Source: Lachnospiraceae bacterium
GTDB taxonomy: Bacteria > Bacillota > Clostridia > Lachnospirales > Lachnospiraceae
NCBI GenBank assembly: GCA_900766915.1
Contig: CAAFXE010000387.1
Location: forward strand, 1,637 to 65,636
Reading direction: 5' to 3'
Length of the DNA stretch: 64,000 nt
The number at the start of each line of letters is the position of its first letter. Position 1 is the stretch's first letter. This document shows, piece after piece, positions 46,084 to 55,279 of the stretch. The position numbers and the translations under genes were made by a program. The notes under the pieces are model-generated. The model was given only the letters and a program-made list of their open reading frames with translations. It was not told the DNA's origin and did not search any database.

Positions 46084-47586
46084 CTAACCAAACATATGAA
46101 GTCCGCGAATAATCAATTCTACAACGATCTGAGATCGAAGTCCTAAGAAAAAGTTCAGTCCGATGAATAAACAAAGACTCACAGTCACCCATGGCTTTTC
46201 CTTCCAGCTGCGGCTTTCCGGTTTTTCAGAGTTCTCTTCCTTAGGTGTATAGATCGTTACCACTGTATGAAGAAAATAGATGGCATTTAAGATCGTACTG
46301 ATTCCCAGAACGATCAGTGTTAAAAATACCTTTTTCGGGCTTGCTGACATAGCTGCCGTAGCAAACAGGTATTTTGAAATAAATCCGGAGAACATGGGAA
46401 GTCCTACCATGGAAAGGCTTCCTACAGTAAAGGCAACTCCGGCCACCTTATGTCTGTAGGCAGCTCCCCGAAGATCCGGGAAAAGCTTACTTCCGCCGGA
46501 CACATTGGAAAGACCCACAACAGAAATAAACAGCAATGCCTTTGTAGCTGCATGATGAAGAATATGATAAACTGCAGCCACATATCCTGCCTCTATTCCA
46601 AGACCGATGCCCATGTAAATGTATCCAATCTGCGCTACGGAAGAAAAGGCGATCATTCTGCGGATATCCTTTTCCAGAATTGCATCTACAGATCCCATGA
46701 CCATTCCAACAAGACCAAATACAAACAGTACGTTCATCATTTCACTGTCAACGATAAAATCAATCTCTACCACACGGTAAAAGATCTTGATCAGTAAGAT
46801 GATATAAGCCTTAGATACCAGACCGGAAAGAATGGCACTGGCTGAGGCTGTGGAAAATCCATAGGCATCCGGCATCCAGGAATGGAAGGGATAAAGTCCG
46901 CTCTTAATGGCAAGCCCAACAGACATCAGTACTAAAACGGCTAAGACCGGCAGATGATATTGATCTGCTGCTACCAGATTTGCCAAAGCTTCCTTCGCCG
47001 GGCTCATTAAAAGCTGTCCTGTCAGTGTATAGAGCAGGGAAAGACCGATGAGGAAAAGACCTGATCCAACCAGGCTCATAACCATATACTTCATGGCTGC
47101 CCCGAAGGTACGTCCGATCTGTCTGATCATAATCAGACCACAGGCTGCGATGGTATTGATCTCTACGAATACGTAAGCAGTAAATAAGTCATTGGTGTAA
47201 ATGATTGCTAACAGAGAGCTCAACAGAAGATCTGCCAGCAGGTAAAACAAATTCAATTTGCTGCTTTCGATATCCTCACTTGTTCTGTGATAAGCGGAAA
47301 CAAGGGATAACAAAAGTACAAAAGAAAAGGTCGTAGCTAAAAGTCCCTCTAAAATACCTGCGCGAATCTCATTACCCCAGGGTGCCGGGTAATGGCCCAT
47401 CATATAGGTAAAGGAACTGTCAGTTTTTACTGTATAAAACAGCACACAGGCAGACAGCATAGTTACGATACTTACTGCACCGATACAAAGATTTCTGGCT
47501 TTTTTACCATCCAGTACAGAGCTTAAGATACCTGAAAACATACAGATGATAATGCTGAAGAAAGGGAAATTGCGAATAAAATCCAT
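46084..47586 (-). CDS. mrpD: antiporter-like subunit (MrpD/NuoN type), copy 1
   Basis: 500 aa with SWMPDAYGFSTASASAILSG, polytopic. Confidence 0.85.
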   Translation of the reverse strand: MDFIRNFPFFSIIICMFSGILSSVLDGKKARNLCIGAVSIVTMLSACVLFYTVKTDSSFTYMMGHYPAPWGNEIRAGILEGLLATTFSFVLLLSLVSAYHRTSEDIESSKLNLFYLLADLLLSSLLAIIYTNDLFTAYVFVEINTIAACGLIMIRQIGRTFGAAMKYMVMSLVGSGLFLIGLSLLYTLTGQLLMSPAKEALANLVAADQYHLPVLAVLVLMSVGLAIKSGLYPFHSWMPDAYGFSTASASAILSGLVSKAYIILLIKIFYRVVEIDFIVDSEMMNVLFVFGLVGMVMGSVDAILEKDIRRMIAFSSVAQIGYIYMGIGLGIEAGYVAAVYHILHHAATKALLFISVVGLSNVSGGSKLFPDLRGAAYRHKVAGVAFTVGSLSMVGLPMFSGFISKYLFATAAMSASPKKVFLTLIVLGISTILNAIYFLHTVVTIYTPKEENSEKPESRSWKEKPWVTVSLCLFIGLNFFLGLRSQIVVELIIRGLHMFG

Positions 47587-47587
47587 C

Positions 47588-47962
47588 CTAGTGTCCCTCC
47601 TTCTGAATATGCATCAGAATCTCATCCAGATTCAATGTGTGATATCTTTTATATAACCGGATAGTCAATGCCAGCATCAGAGCAGATACACTGACAGAAA
47701 CAACGATACCGGTAAGTACCAGTCCGCTTGGTACCGGATTGATATAAAGCTTCGGATCCGTATTTCCGTTGACAATGATCGGAGCCATGCGTCCTTCAAT
47801 ATAGCCCTGGGTAGCCAAAAGAAGATACACTGCCGTATCCATAATATTTAACCCGATGATCTTCTTGATCAGATTTTTATGAAGTAAAAGATTGGTAAGG
47901 CCAATGCCGAAAAGAAGGACTGCTACCACAGATTCGTAATTTACCAGTAAATTATTTCCCAT
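47588..47962 (-). CDS. mrpC: Mrp subunit C (NuoK-like)
   Basis: The ATG at 47962 (MGNNLLVNYESVVAVLLFGIGL) lies just after the mrpB stop. 3 TM. Confidence 0.85.
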   Translation of the reverse strand: MGNNLLVNYESVVAVLLFGIGLTNLLLHKNLIKKIIGLNIMDTAVYLLLATQGYIEGRMAPIIVNGNTDPKLYINPVPSGLVLTGIVVSVSVSALMLALTIRLYKRYHTLNLDEILMHIQKEGH

Positions 47963-47963
47963 G

Positions 47964-49004
47964 TTACATACCTCCCTTTTTGAATAATGTATAAAAAGCA
48001 TACATGGTACATGCCACCACCAGCCCGACGCAGATATTCAGCGGCAGAATCAGACCACTGCTTAAGATAGCCCCCGGTGTACCGGTAGGAATACCGCTTG
48101 GGATATGGTTTGCTCCTGTAAAGAAGGAATAGCTTTTTGCAATACAGTAAAAGCTTAAGGCTCCTACGGTAACCCTCTTATAGGTCTTCTCATTAAAGAA
48201 TTTCTGGGTCTTTTTATATCCGAAAGCATTGACATGCAAAATAAGTCCTGCACCCATAATAGCTCCACCGGAGAAACCGCCTCCCGGAGAGAGATGTCCG
48301 TTTAATAAAATATAGATTCCGAAAATTATAATTGCCGGGAAAATGATTCTTGTGGAGGCCTGCAGGATCGTATCACTGACCGGCTCAAATCTTTCGTCAA
48401 TGAGTGCTTTTGCTGTGGTATCTGACTTGTCATCACGAAGAAGGATCAGTACACAGGCTGCTGCAATAAAGAGCACGCAGGATTCACCAAAGGTATCGAA
48501 GGCACGGTAATCAAGGATCATACCTGTCACAGCATTTACAGCACCGGTCTCTTCCAGACCTTTTTCCAGGTATCTTTCCGATACCTCATTGTTATAAGGA
48601 TTATGTTCATCTCCAAATGCAGGTGTATTGGAAGCTGTTAATAATAAGGCAAAGATGATTGCAGCACCTAAGACCACTACAGCACCTTTGTAAAATCTGT
48701 CAAATCGCTTCACACTGGGTCTTGCATTGATCTCTTTGGTCACCTCGTCCTGCTCATCTAAATGTTCCTTTCCGATGGCACCGATTCTTTTCAGGGTAAT
48801 GAAAAAGAGCACACTGGTAACTCCGGCTCCTACAGCTGCTTCCGTAATGGCAAGGTCCGGGGATTCCAAAAGGACCCACACCACAGACATCACAAGACTG
48901 TAGGACATAAAGATCACCACAGATACCAGAAGATTTTTGGAAACCGTAACAAACAGGGCACATAATAAAAGGAAGATCAATAACAGTATTCTAAAGTTCT
49001 CCAT
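47964..49004 (-). CDS. mrpB: fused DUF4040 (MrpA C-terminal/MbhD-like) plus MrpB domain subunit
   Basis: 346 aa. The N-terminus resembles DUF4040 (SPDLAITEAAVGAGVTSVLF). The middle has the MnhB motif (NAVTGMILDYRAFDTFGE) and HLSPGGGFSGG. Confidence 0.8.
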   Translation of the reverse strand: MENFRILLLIFLLLCALFVTVSKNLLVSVVIFMSYSLVMSVVWVLLESPDLAITEAAVGAGVTSVLFFITLKRIGAIGKEHLDEQDEVTKEINARPSVKRFDRFYKGAVVVLGAAIIFALLLTASNTPAFGDEHNPYNNEVSERYLEKGLEETGAVNAVTGMILDYRAFDTFGESCVLFIAAACVLILLRDDKSDTTAKALIDERFEPVSDTILQASTRIIFPAIIIFGIYILLNGHLSPGGGFSGGAIMGAGLILHVNAFGYKKTQKFFNEKTYKRVTVGALSFYCIAKSYSFFTGANHIPSGIPTGTPGAILSSGLILPLNICVGLVVACTMYAFYTLFKKGGM

Positions 49005-49320
49005 ACTTCTTTACCTCACATTCTTCTTCCAGTTTTTCATTGGTGGAAACCTCCATCCGGGCTATCAGATGACTGGAAACCGGTCCTGAGATCCAGAAAA
49101 ATCCAATGATAATGATCATTTTCAGAGCTTCAAACCCAAAGCCTTTCCAGATGATCAGTCCAATCATGGAAAGCAGCAGGCCAAAGGTATCTGCCGTGGC
49201 TGCCGTATGCATTCTGTTTAAGACAAATTTAAACCTGAACATTCCAAAGACCGCTGAAGCCATAATGAGTACTCCACAGATTAAAAAAGCTGCTGCGAAA
49301 GCAAAACGAATCCATTCCAT
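48991..49320 (-). CDS. mrpG: Mrp subunit G
   Basis: 109 aa, 3 TM, with the MnhG-like NRMHTAATADTFG. Confidence 0.85.
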   Translation of the reverse strand: MEWIRFAFAAAFLICGVLIMASAVFGMFRFKFVLNRMHTAATADTFGLLLSMIGLIIWKGFGFEALKMIIIIGFFWISGPVSSHLIARMEVSTNEKLEEECEVKKYGEL

Positions 49321-49321
49321 C

Positions 49322-49633
49322 TTATTTTTCCTCCTCTTCCCCGGAATGCTCCTCCCGATAAACTCCTGTATAAATCTTGGTCAGTACGATGACTGCCACA
49401 AAGCTGAGCATGGCATAAATCAGACATACATCCAGAAGATAAGCTTCATCTAAAAGAACTGCCAGGATCGCAATGATCACAATGACCATGGTTCCAATGG
49501 AGTTGACTGCCACGATCCTGTCGGTAACCCTTGGTCCTATGACTGAACGGATCAGACATGCTACAACTAAAACTGCAATGGCGATGATGGCACCAATGGC
49601 AAGTGTTCCATAAGCATTTGATAAATCTGTCAT
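49322..49633 (-). CDS. mrpF: Mrp subunit F
   Basis: 103 aa with the MnhF-like GPRVTDRIVAVNSIG. Confidence 0.85.
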   Translation of the reverse strand: MTDLSNAYGTLAIGAIIAIAVLVVACLIRSVIGPRVTDRIVAVNSIGTMVIVIIAILAVLLDEAYLLDVCLIYAMLSFVAVIVLTKIYTGVYREEHSGEEEEK

Positions 49634-49634
49634 A

Positions 49635-50096
49635 TTATGCTTCCTCCCATTTCTTTAACATTTTTACGAATATACTGTCATTTAAGCCTGCTGCCAGAGA
49701 CTCATCAAGACAATGTACCTCAAATTTCTCTTCATATAATCTCACGGTAATGGTGCCCGGTGTCAGTGTAATGGAGTCCGCTAAAATCACCTGTAAAAGA
49801 TGGCTTTTTAAAGGTGCATCAAAGCTTACGATCACCGGGTGGATCTCAGATTTCGGAGACAGTACAATTTTTAACACGGTAACATTTGCAATGACAATTT
49901 CCTTTATCAGAATCAACAAATACCGGATTCCCCATCCGAAATGTTTCCAAAAAGATTTCTCTTTCTGCCAGGTAAGTCCCATAAATTTCAGGGCAAATGC
50001 ATAGACCACCGCTGCAAAGACCAGCCCCATCAGGACGATTTCCGTCGTAATCCTTCCATTTAATATTAACCAAAAAGCGAACAGTAATAAGTACAT
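49635..50096 (-). CDS. mrpE: Mrp subunit E
   Basis: The ATG at 50096 (MYLLLFAFWLILNG) follows GAGGAGG. Contains the MnhE motif ADSITLTPGT. Confidence 0.85.
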   Translation of the reverse strand: MYLLLFAFWLILNGRITTEIVLMGLVFAAVVYAFALKFMGLTWQKEKSFWKHFGWGIRYLLILIKEIVIANVTVLKIVLSPKSEIHPVIVSFDAPLKSHLLQVILADSITLTPGTITVRLYEEKFEVHCLDESLAAGLNDSIFVKMLKKWEEA

Positions 50097-50190
50097 TTTT
50101 CTGCCTCCTCTATTACATAACAAATCTTTGTCCATTTTATTACTTTCTTGTCCAAAAGTAATTATTCGATTTCACGATTTTTTAATTATT

Positions 50191-50219
50191 TTTATATATT
50201 TTTAAGTGATTTTCTACAA
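50191..50219 (-). promoter_or_regulatory. possible promoter of the mrp-like operon
   Basis: On the minus strand, TTGTAG, a 17-nt spacer, then TATAAA. The region is AT-rich, so a chance match is possible. Confidence 0.3.
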
Positions 50220-50265
50220 AATTACCGATAGAGGAGTGTATCGTTACCTGTTTTCTCTCTTTTCT

Positions 50266-50311
50266 ACACAAAAATCCCGCCACAAATCTCCTTAGAACTG
50301 CTGCGGGATTT
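50266..50311 (-). terminator. Rho-independent terminator after the histidine kinase gene
   Basis: AAATCCCGC (50272-50280) pairs with GCGGGATTT (50303-50311), with a T-run on the minus strand. Confidence 0.7.
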
Positions 50312-50329
50312 CTATCATTATTCTGTTGC

Positions 50330-51655
50330 TCAATTTCGATCCGGAAACAACACTTCCATGGTTGTTCCCACACCTTCTTCACTCTCTAATGTAAGCTTTG
50401 CCCCATGTTCCGCAACGATATGCTTTACAATGGCAAGGCCAAGGCCGGTACCGCCTCTTTCTTTGGAACGGCTCTTGTCTACACGGTAAAATCTTTCAAA
50501 AATTCGCTCCTGATGCTCCTTCGGGATGCCGATTCCGGTATCTTTGACCCTTAGAAGAACACCTTCCTGCCGGCTTTCCACCAAAACCTCCACCATACCG
50601 CCGGGCTTGTTATACCGGATGGCATTGGAACAAAGATTGTATAAAAGTTCTTCGATCATGCCGCGATTACCGAAGATACGGCAGGCACTTCCCTTCATTT
50701 GAAGCTCAATTCCAAGTGGTTCTGCATGAATCCTTAGCATTTCCAGACAGGTGGATGCCAGACCATAAAGGTTCAGCCACTCCTTTTCCGGTGCCGATTC
50801 TCTCGTATCCAATTCTGACAGCTGCAGGATATCATTGATGAGCCGGATCAGCCGGTTGGCATTGTGATGGATCTCCTTTGCAAATCGTCTCGTATCCTTC
50901 TCATCAGTCATGCCGTTTTCAATCAGCTCCGCATAACCGGAAATAGAAGTCAGAGGGGTCTTTAGTTCATGGGTAACATTGGCAGTAAAGTCCTGCCGCA
51001 TCTTGGCACTTTTTACAATGTTCTGATGCTGTTCTTTAATGGTCTCCAGAAAAGGGGCGAGCTCCTTATAGGAACCCACCTCCACCTGTCCGTCCAAATT
51101 TTTTGCCACCCGCTCAATGGGTGCAATAAAGCTTTTGGTCAGAAAATGTGCCAGAAGGGCACAGAATACAAACAGCAATAAAGTCACCAGACCCAGAGAT
51201 GGCAGGGCATCAAAAAAAATACTGTAAATACTGCCTGTTTCCTTTGCCACACGAAGAACATTCCCATTTTCCATACGCATGGCATAATAAAAGGTGCTTT
51301 TTTCCAATGTCTGGGATTTGCGGATATCGCATCCCTCTCCTTTGGTAAAGGCCTCCCTGATTTCCGGACGTCCTCCATGATTTCCCATGCCTCCGATATC
51401 TGCATTGGTATCGGAAAGGACGGCCCCTTCTGAATCGATCAGCGTGATCCGAAGGTCTCCGTCTGTCAGCTTTGCCGGCTGCGTCCCGGATTCATCCTCC
51501 ACAATGCCTGCTGCCAGCACATTAGCACAGGTTTTTAAGCTGCCAAACACTTCCGTCTGAAAGATCTTATAATAGGTAAAGGTCACCAGGATACTGGTCA
51601 GAATGATGGCCACTGCGGCAATCAGCACCAGCTCCGTATTGATTCTTTTTCTCAT
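50330..51655 (-). CDS. sensor histidine kinase (PhoR-like)
   Basis: 441 aa with two TMs flanking an extracytoplasmic domain, the H-box HELKTPLTSI, and N, G1 and G2 boxes. Confidence 0.9.
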   Translation of the reverse strand: MRKRINTELVLIAAVAIILTSILVTFTYYKIFQTEVFGSLKTCANVLAAGIVEDESGTQPAKLTDGDLRITLIDSEGAVLSDTNADIGGMGNHGGRPEIREAFTKGEGCDIRKSQTLEKSTFYYAMRMENGNVLRVAKETGSIYSIFFDALPSLGLVTLLLFVFCALLAHFLTKSFIAPIERVAKNLDGQVEVGSYKELAPFLETIKEQHQNIVKSAKMRQDFTANVTHELKTPLTSISGYAELIENGMTDEKDTRRFAKEIHHNANRLIRLINDILQLSELDTRESAPEKEWLNLYGLASTCLEMLRIHAEPLGIELQMKGSACRIFGNRGMIEELLYNLCSNAIRYNKPGGMVEVLVESRQEGVLLRVKDTGIGIPKEHQERIFERFYRVDKSRSKERGGTGLGLAIVKHIVAEHGAKLTLESEEGVGTTMEVLFPDRN

Positions 51656-51661
51656 CCTTCG

Positions 51662-52333
51662 TTACTCCATACGATATCCCACGTTACGGATCGTTTTGAT
51701 ATGACCTGCACTGTCTCCTAGCTTTGAGCGAAGGGTCTTTAAATGCACATCCAGGGTTCTTGATTCCACATCACAGTTCATATCCCAGATGCGATCCATG
51801 ATCACATCCCTGGTCAGAACGATTCCACGGTTTTGCATAAACAGACGCAAAAGCTCATATTCCTTAAAGGTCAGATCACAGGGCACATCAGAGACAAACA
51901 CCTGATGGCGTTCATCGTCCATGAAAATTTCATCTACCTTCCATACTTTCTCCTGCTCCTTATCCATACTCCTTCGAAGAACAGCTTTCACCCGGGAAAT
52001 CAGTTCCATGACGCCAAAGGGCTTTACAATGTAATCATCTGCTCCCCCATCCAGTCCCTTGACCCGGTCAAGCTCCGTGGACTTTGCCGTCACCATGATT
52101 ACAGGAAGCCTCCTGGTATCCGGATTTTTCCGAAGCTTCTGTAAAATTTCCATGCCGTCTTCTTCCGGAAGCATGATATCCAGCAGTACAAGATCCGGTC
52201 TGATTACCTTCATTGCCTGATAAAACTCTGCTGCATTGGAAAAATCCCGGATCTGATAACCACTGTTTTTCAGGGCAAAGCTCTCAATCTCCCTGATATT
52301 CTGGTCATCTTCTACTATATATATGAGTGCCAT
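51662..52333 (-). CDS. response regulator, OmpR/PhoB family
   Basis: 223 aa with a receiver domain (DLVLLDIMLP) and a winged-helix effector domain. Confidence 0.92.
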   Translation of the reverse strand: MALIYIVEDDQNIREIESFALKNSGYQIRDFSNAAEFYQAMKVIRPDLVLLDIMLPEEDGMEILQKLRKNPDTRRLPVIMVTAKSTELDRVKGLDGGADDYIVKPFGVMELISRVKAVLRRSMDKEQEKVWKVDEIFMDDERHQVFVSDVPCDLTFKEYELLRLFMQNRGIVLTRDVIMDRIWDMNCDVESRTLDVHLKTLRSKLGDSAGHIKTIRNVGYRME

Positions 52334-52345
52334 AAAGCACCTCCT

Positions 52346-54010
52346 TTATCGATAACTGATCACTGTTTCTGCCACATTAGAGCAATGGTCTACAATACTC
52401 TCCATACTGGTCAGAAGGTCTGACTGGATAAATCCCATCTCAATGGTACATTTTCCTTCCCGCAGGCGCCTGATATGATTTTTCTTAGCTGCCGCACTCT
52501 GTTGTTCCGCCACATCTTCCATAGGGAAAATGCTTCCTGCCACCACCAGGTCCTTGTTTCTGAAACAATTTAAGGTGGCATTCATGATCTTCTGTACCTG
52601 AACCATGTATTCATCAATTTCCTGCTGCGCATGCTCGGAGAATTTTGTTCCTTTGGAATACATCTCCTTCGCCGCATTCCGGATGGTTACCGCATGGTCG
52701 GAAAGACGTTCAAAATCTCCCAGACTGTGAAGCATCATGGAAAGAAGCTGGCTTTCATGCACCGGAAGGTCCTTTCTACTTAGGTTCACCATATAGGCAC
52801 CCAACTCTTCCTCGTAAGAGTCCACCTCTTCTTCCAGATCAATGACCTTATTTGCAGTATCCTCATCATATTTATTTAACAGGGACATAGCTTCCACCAC
52901 AGCCTTTACACTAAGATAAGCCATCTTCTCTGTAGCTTCCATACAGATTTCTGTGGCATAGGCGGGCATTTCCAGAAAACGGGGCTCCAGAGTTTTTACA
53001 ACACGGCCCTGATTGTCCGGTGCTGCTCCTGCTGCATCATCCCGGATCGTCAGACAGGCAAGCTTCACAAGCAACCTGGAAAACGGAAGGAGAAGCACTG
53101 TGGCTGTCACATTAAAAATCGTATGGATGGTGGCAATTCCTGCCGCATTTGCCGGTGCATTCAGGAAAGAAAAATCAAACACTGCATTTAAGGCATAGAA
53201 TGCCAGCATAAAAATGATGGTACCGATCAGGTTAAAATATAGATGGATCAATGCGGTTCTTCTTGCATTTTTGCTGGCACCGATACCGGAAATCATGGCA
53301 GTCACACAGGTACCGATATTCTGTCCCATAATGATGGGAAGGGCGGTGCTAAAGGATACTGCTCCTGTCATACAAAGTGCCTGTAAAATACCGACAGATG
53401 CAGACGAACTCTGGATGATTGCCGTAAGCAGTGCACCTGCCACCATACCCAAAATGGGATTTCGAAACATCAAAAGGATATTTGTAAATTCCGGCACATC
53501 TGCCAGAGGCTTTACAGCAGCACTCATGGTCTCCATCCCTGTCATCAGGATTGCAAAGCCTACCATGATCATACCGATGTTTTTCTTCCTGTCACTTTTT
53601 AAAAACTGCAGGAAGACTACACCCACCATGGCAAGCACCGGAGAAAAAGAAGACGGCTTCAAAAGATTCATAAAGAAATTGCCGCTTTCAATTCCTGTTA
53701 AGCTCAAAAGCCAGGAGGTCATGGTGGTACCGATATTGGCACCCATGATCACACCTACTGCCTGGGAAAGCTTCATGATCCCGGAGTTTACGAAACCTAC
53801 CACAATGACCGTCGTCGCCGAAGAACTCTGGATCACTGCCGTAACCACTGCACCTAAGGCCACAGCCTTGAATGTATTGGAGGTCAATGTTTCTAACATT
53901 TTCTCCATTTTACCACCAGATGCCTTTGCAAGTCCATCTCCCATTAAGTCCATTCCGTAAAGAAAGAGAGCAAGGCCTCCTACCATTCTCAAAATTCCAA
54001 AAAAATCCAT
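52346..54010 (-). CDS. Na/Pi cotransporter family protein with C-terminal PhoU-like repeats
   Basis: 554 aa with a duplicated Na_Pi_cotrans core (QSSSATT and QSSSASV) and a PhoU-like C-terminal helical domain. Confidence 0.9.
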   Translation of the reverse strand: MDFFGILRMVGGLALFLYGMDLMGDGLAKASGGKMEKMLETLTSNTFKAVALGAVVTAVIQSSSATTVIVVGFVNSGIMKLSQAVGVIMGANIGTTMTSWLLSLTGIESGNFFMNLLKPSSFSPVLAMVGVVFLQFLKSDRKKNIGMIMVGFAILMTGMETMSAAVKPLADVPEFTNILLMFRNPILGMVAGALLTAIIQSSSASVGILQALCMTGAVSFSTALPIIMGQNIGTCVTAMISGIGASKNARRTALIHLYFNLIGTIIFMLAFYALNAVFDFSFLNAPANAAGIATIHTIFNVTATVLLLPFSRLLVKLACLTIRDDAAGAAPDNQGRVVKTLEPRFLEMPAYATEICMEATEKMAYLSVKAVVEAMSLLNKYDEDTANKVIDLEEEVDSYEEELGAYMVNLSRKDLPVHESQLLSMMLHSLGDFERLSDHAVTIRNAAKEMYSKGTKFSEHAQQEIDEYMVQVQKIMNATLNCFRNKDLVVAGSIFPMEDVAEQQSAAAKKNHIRRLREGKCTIEMGFIQSDLLTSMESIVDHCSNVAETVISYR

Positions 54011-54140
54011 AAAATCTACCTCTTATTTCTACATCCTGTGTAATAAAATTTTACCCAAAACTGTTGGCTGTTTAAAATGCACAGCCACAATTTTACTCCT
54101 ATAGGCTAGCGCGTCAAAGTTAAGGGCATCAGGTATTCTA

Positions 54141-54157
54141 TGTAAAGTCTATGTAAA
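54141..54157 (-). promoter_or_regulatory. Pho-box-like direct repeat TTTACA-N5-TTTACA
   Basis: The minus strand reads TTTACATAGACTTTACA, an 11-nt periodic repeat about 130 nt upstream of the Na/Pi transporter ATG. Confidence 0.5.
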
Positions 54158-54267
54158 ATTTAGGATGTTATGAAATTTGCACACTTTAGGCTGATTTATG
54201 TGGACTTTTTCCTAAGATTTCAATATAATGAAATTATCGAAATTCTATTCATAAAGGAGAAGGTACC

Positions 54268-54501
54268 ATGAAGATTCAGAACATTTCAGACATCGACAAA
54301 TTTTTCAAAGTTGTTGACAGCTGCTCCGGCAAGGTTGAGCTTGTAACAGGTGAAGGAGACAGATTAAACTTAAAATCCAAATTATGCCAGTATGTTTCCA
54401 TGGCAAATATTTTCTCAAACGGTGAAATTCCGGAACTGGAAATCATCGCTTACGAAAAAGAAGATATTGACAAATTAATCGCATTCATGTTAGGAAACTA
54501 A
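54268..54501 (+). CDS. hypothetical small cytoplasmic protein
   Basis: 77 aa. AAGGAGAAGG precedes the ATG and a terminator follows. I recognise no family. Confidence 0.6.
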   Translation: MKIQNISDIDKFFKVVDSCSGKVELVTGEGDRLNLKSKLCQYVSMANIFSNGEIPELEIIAYEKEDIDKLIAFMLGN

Positions 54502-54504
54502 TTT

Positions 54505-54541
54505 TAAAAAAGGAGCCCTGCAGCTGCAGAGCTCCTTTTTA
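54505..54541. terminator. bidirectional terminator between the 77-aa ORF and truA
   Basis: AGGAGCCCTGCAG pairs with CTGCAGAGCTCCT, flanked by an A-run and a T-run. Confidence 0.8.
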
Positions 54542-55279
54542 TCATTCATACATGACTTTCACCAGAAACAGTCCCTGGGCCGGTGCAGTAAAGCCTGCCG
54601 CTCCCCGGTCTTTAGCCTCCAGAATATCCTTCATCTCTTCCGGTGAACGCAATCCCCGTCCCACTTCAATAAGAGTTCCGGTGAGGATCCGGACCATATT
54701 ATAGAGGAAGCCGTTGCCGGTGTACCTTATGGATACGATTCCATCCTTTTCCTCTATGGTGATGGACGTGATGGTACGGACTGTTGATTTTTTCATCTTT
54801 TTGTTGGCACAAAAGGACTTAAAGTCATGGGTTCCCAGAAAAAGTACCGCCGCACTTCGCATTGCTTCCAGATCAAGCGGTCTTTCCTCCCGCATGGTAT
54901 ATTTTCGCCGGAATACATCGGCTACTTCTCCGTTGTCGATGCGGTATTCATAGGTTTTGCCCCTGGCAGACAACCTGGCATGAAAACGCTCATCAGCTTT
55001 GGAAACCTCTAACACACGGATATCTTTGGATAGATATTCGTTGAGGTATTTTTTGATTTCTTCCTCAGAAAACTTCTCCGGGGCATGAAAATTGGCCACC
55101 TGTCCACAGGCGTGAACTCCTGCATCCGTTCTTCCCGAGCCATGGATCTCCATGTACTCTCCATACATTTTTTCCAGAATGGCTTCTAACTTTCCCTGTA
55201 TGGTGTTATCTGTATTTCCCTGCTTCTGCCAGCCGTTTAATTTTGTGCCGTCATACTGCAGTATCATTTTGTAATTCAT
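54542..55279 (-). CDS. truA: tRNA pseudouridine(38-40) synthase
   Basis: 245 aa with the catalytic GSGRTDAGVHA motif. Confidence 0.95.
   Translation of the reverse strand: MNYKMILQYDGTKLNGWQKQGNTDNTIQGKLEAILEKMYGEYMEIHGSGRTDAGVHACGQVANFHAPEKFSEEEIKKYLNEYLSKDIRVLEVSKADERFHARLSARGKTYEYRIDNGEVADVFRRKYTMREERPLDLEAMRSAAVLFLGTHDFKSFCANKKMKKSTVRTITSITIEEKDGIVSIRYTGNGFLYNMVRILTGTLIEVGRGLRSPEEMKDILEAKDRGAAGFTAPAQGLFLVKVMYE

Noticed and set aside
53214-53960. A 248-aa plus-strand ORF antisense to the Na/Pi transporter. Similar long antisense ORFs lie at 24013-24495, 11858-12355, 1654-2055, 3031-3393 and 46450-46797.
   Set aside because: Each lies entirely inside a well-supported minus-strand gene. 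None has an RBS or a recognisable domain, and their composition mirrors the sense-strand codon bias. I treat them as shadow ORFs.
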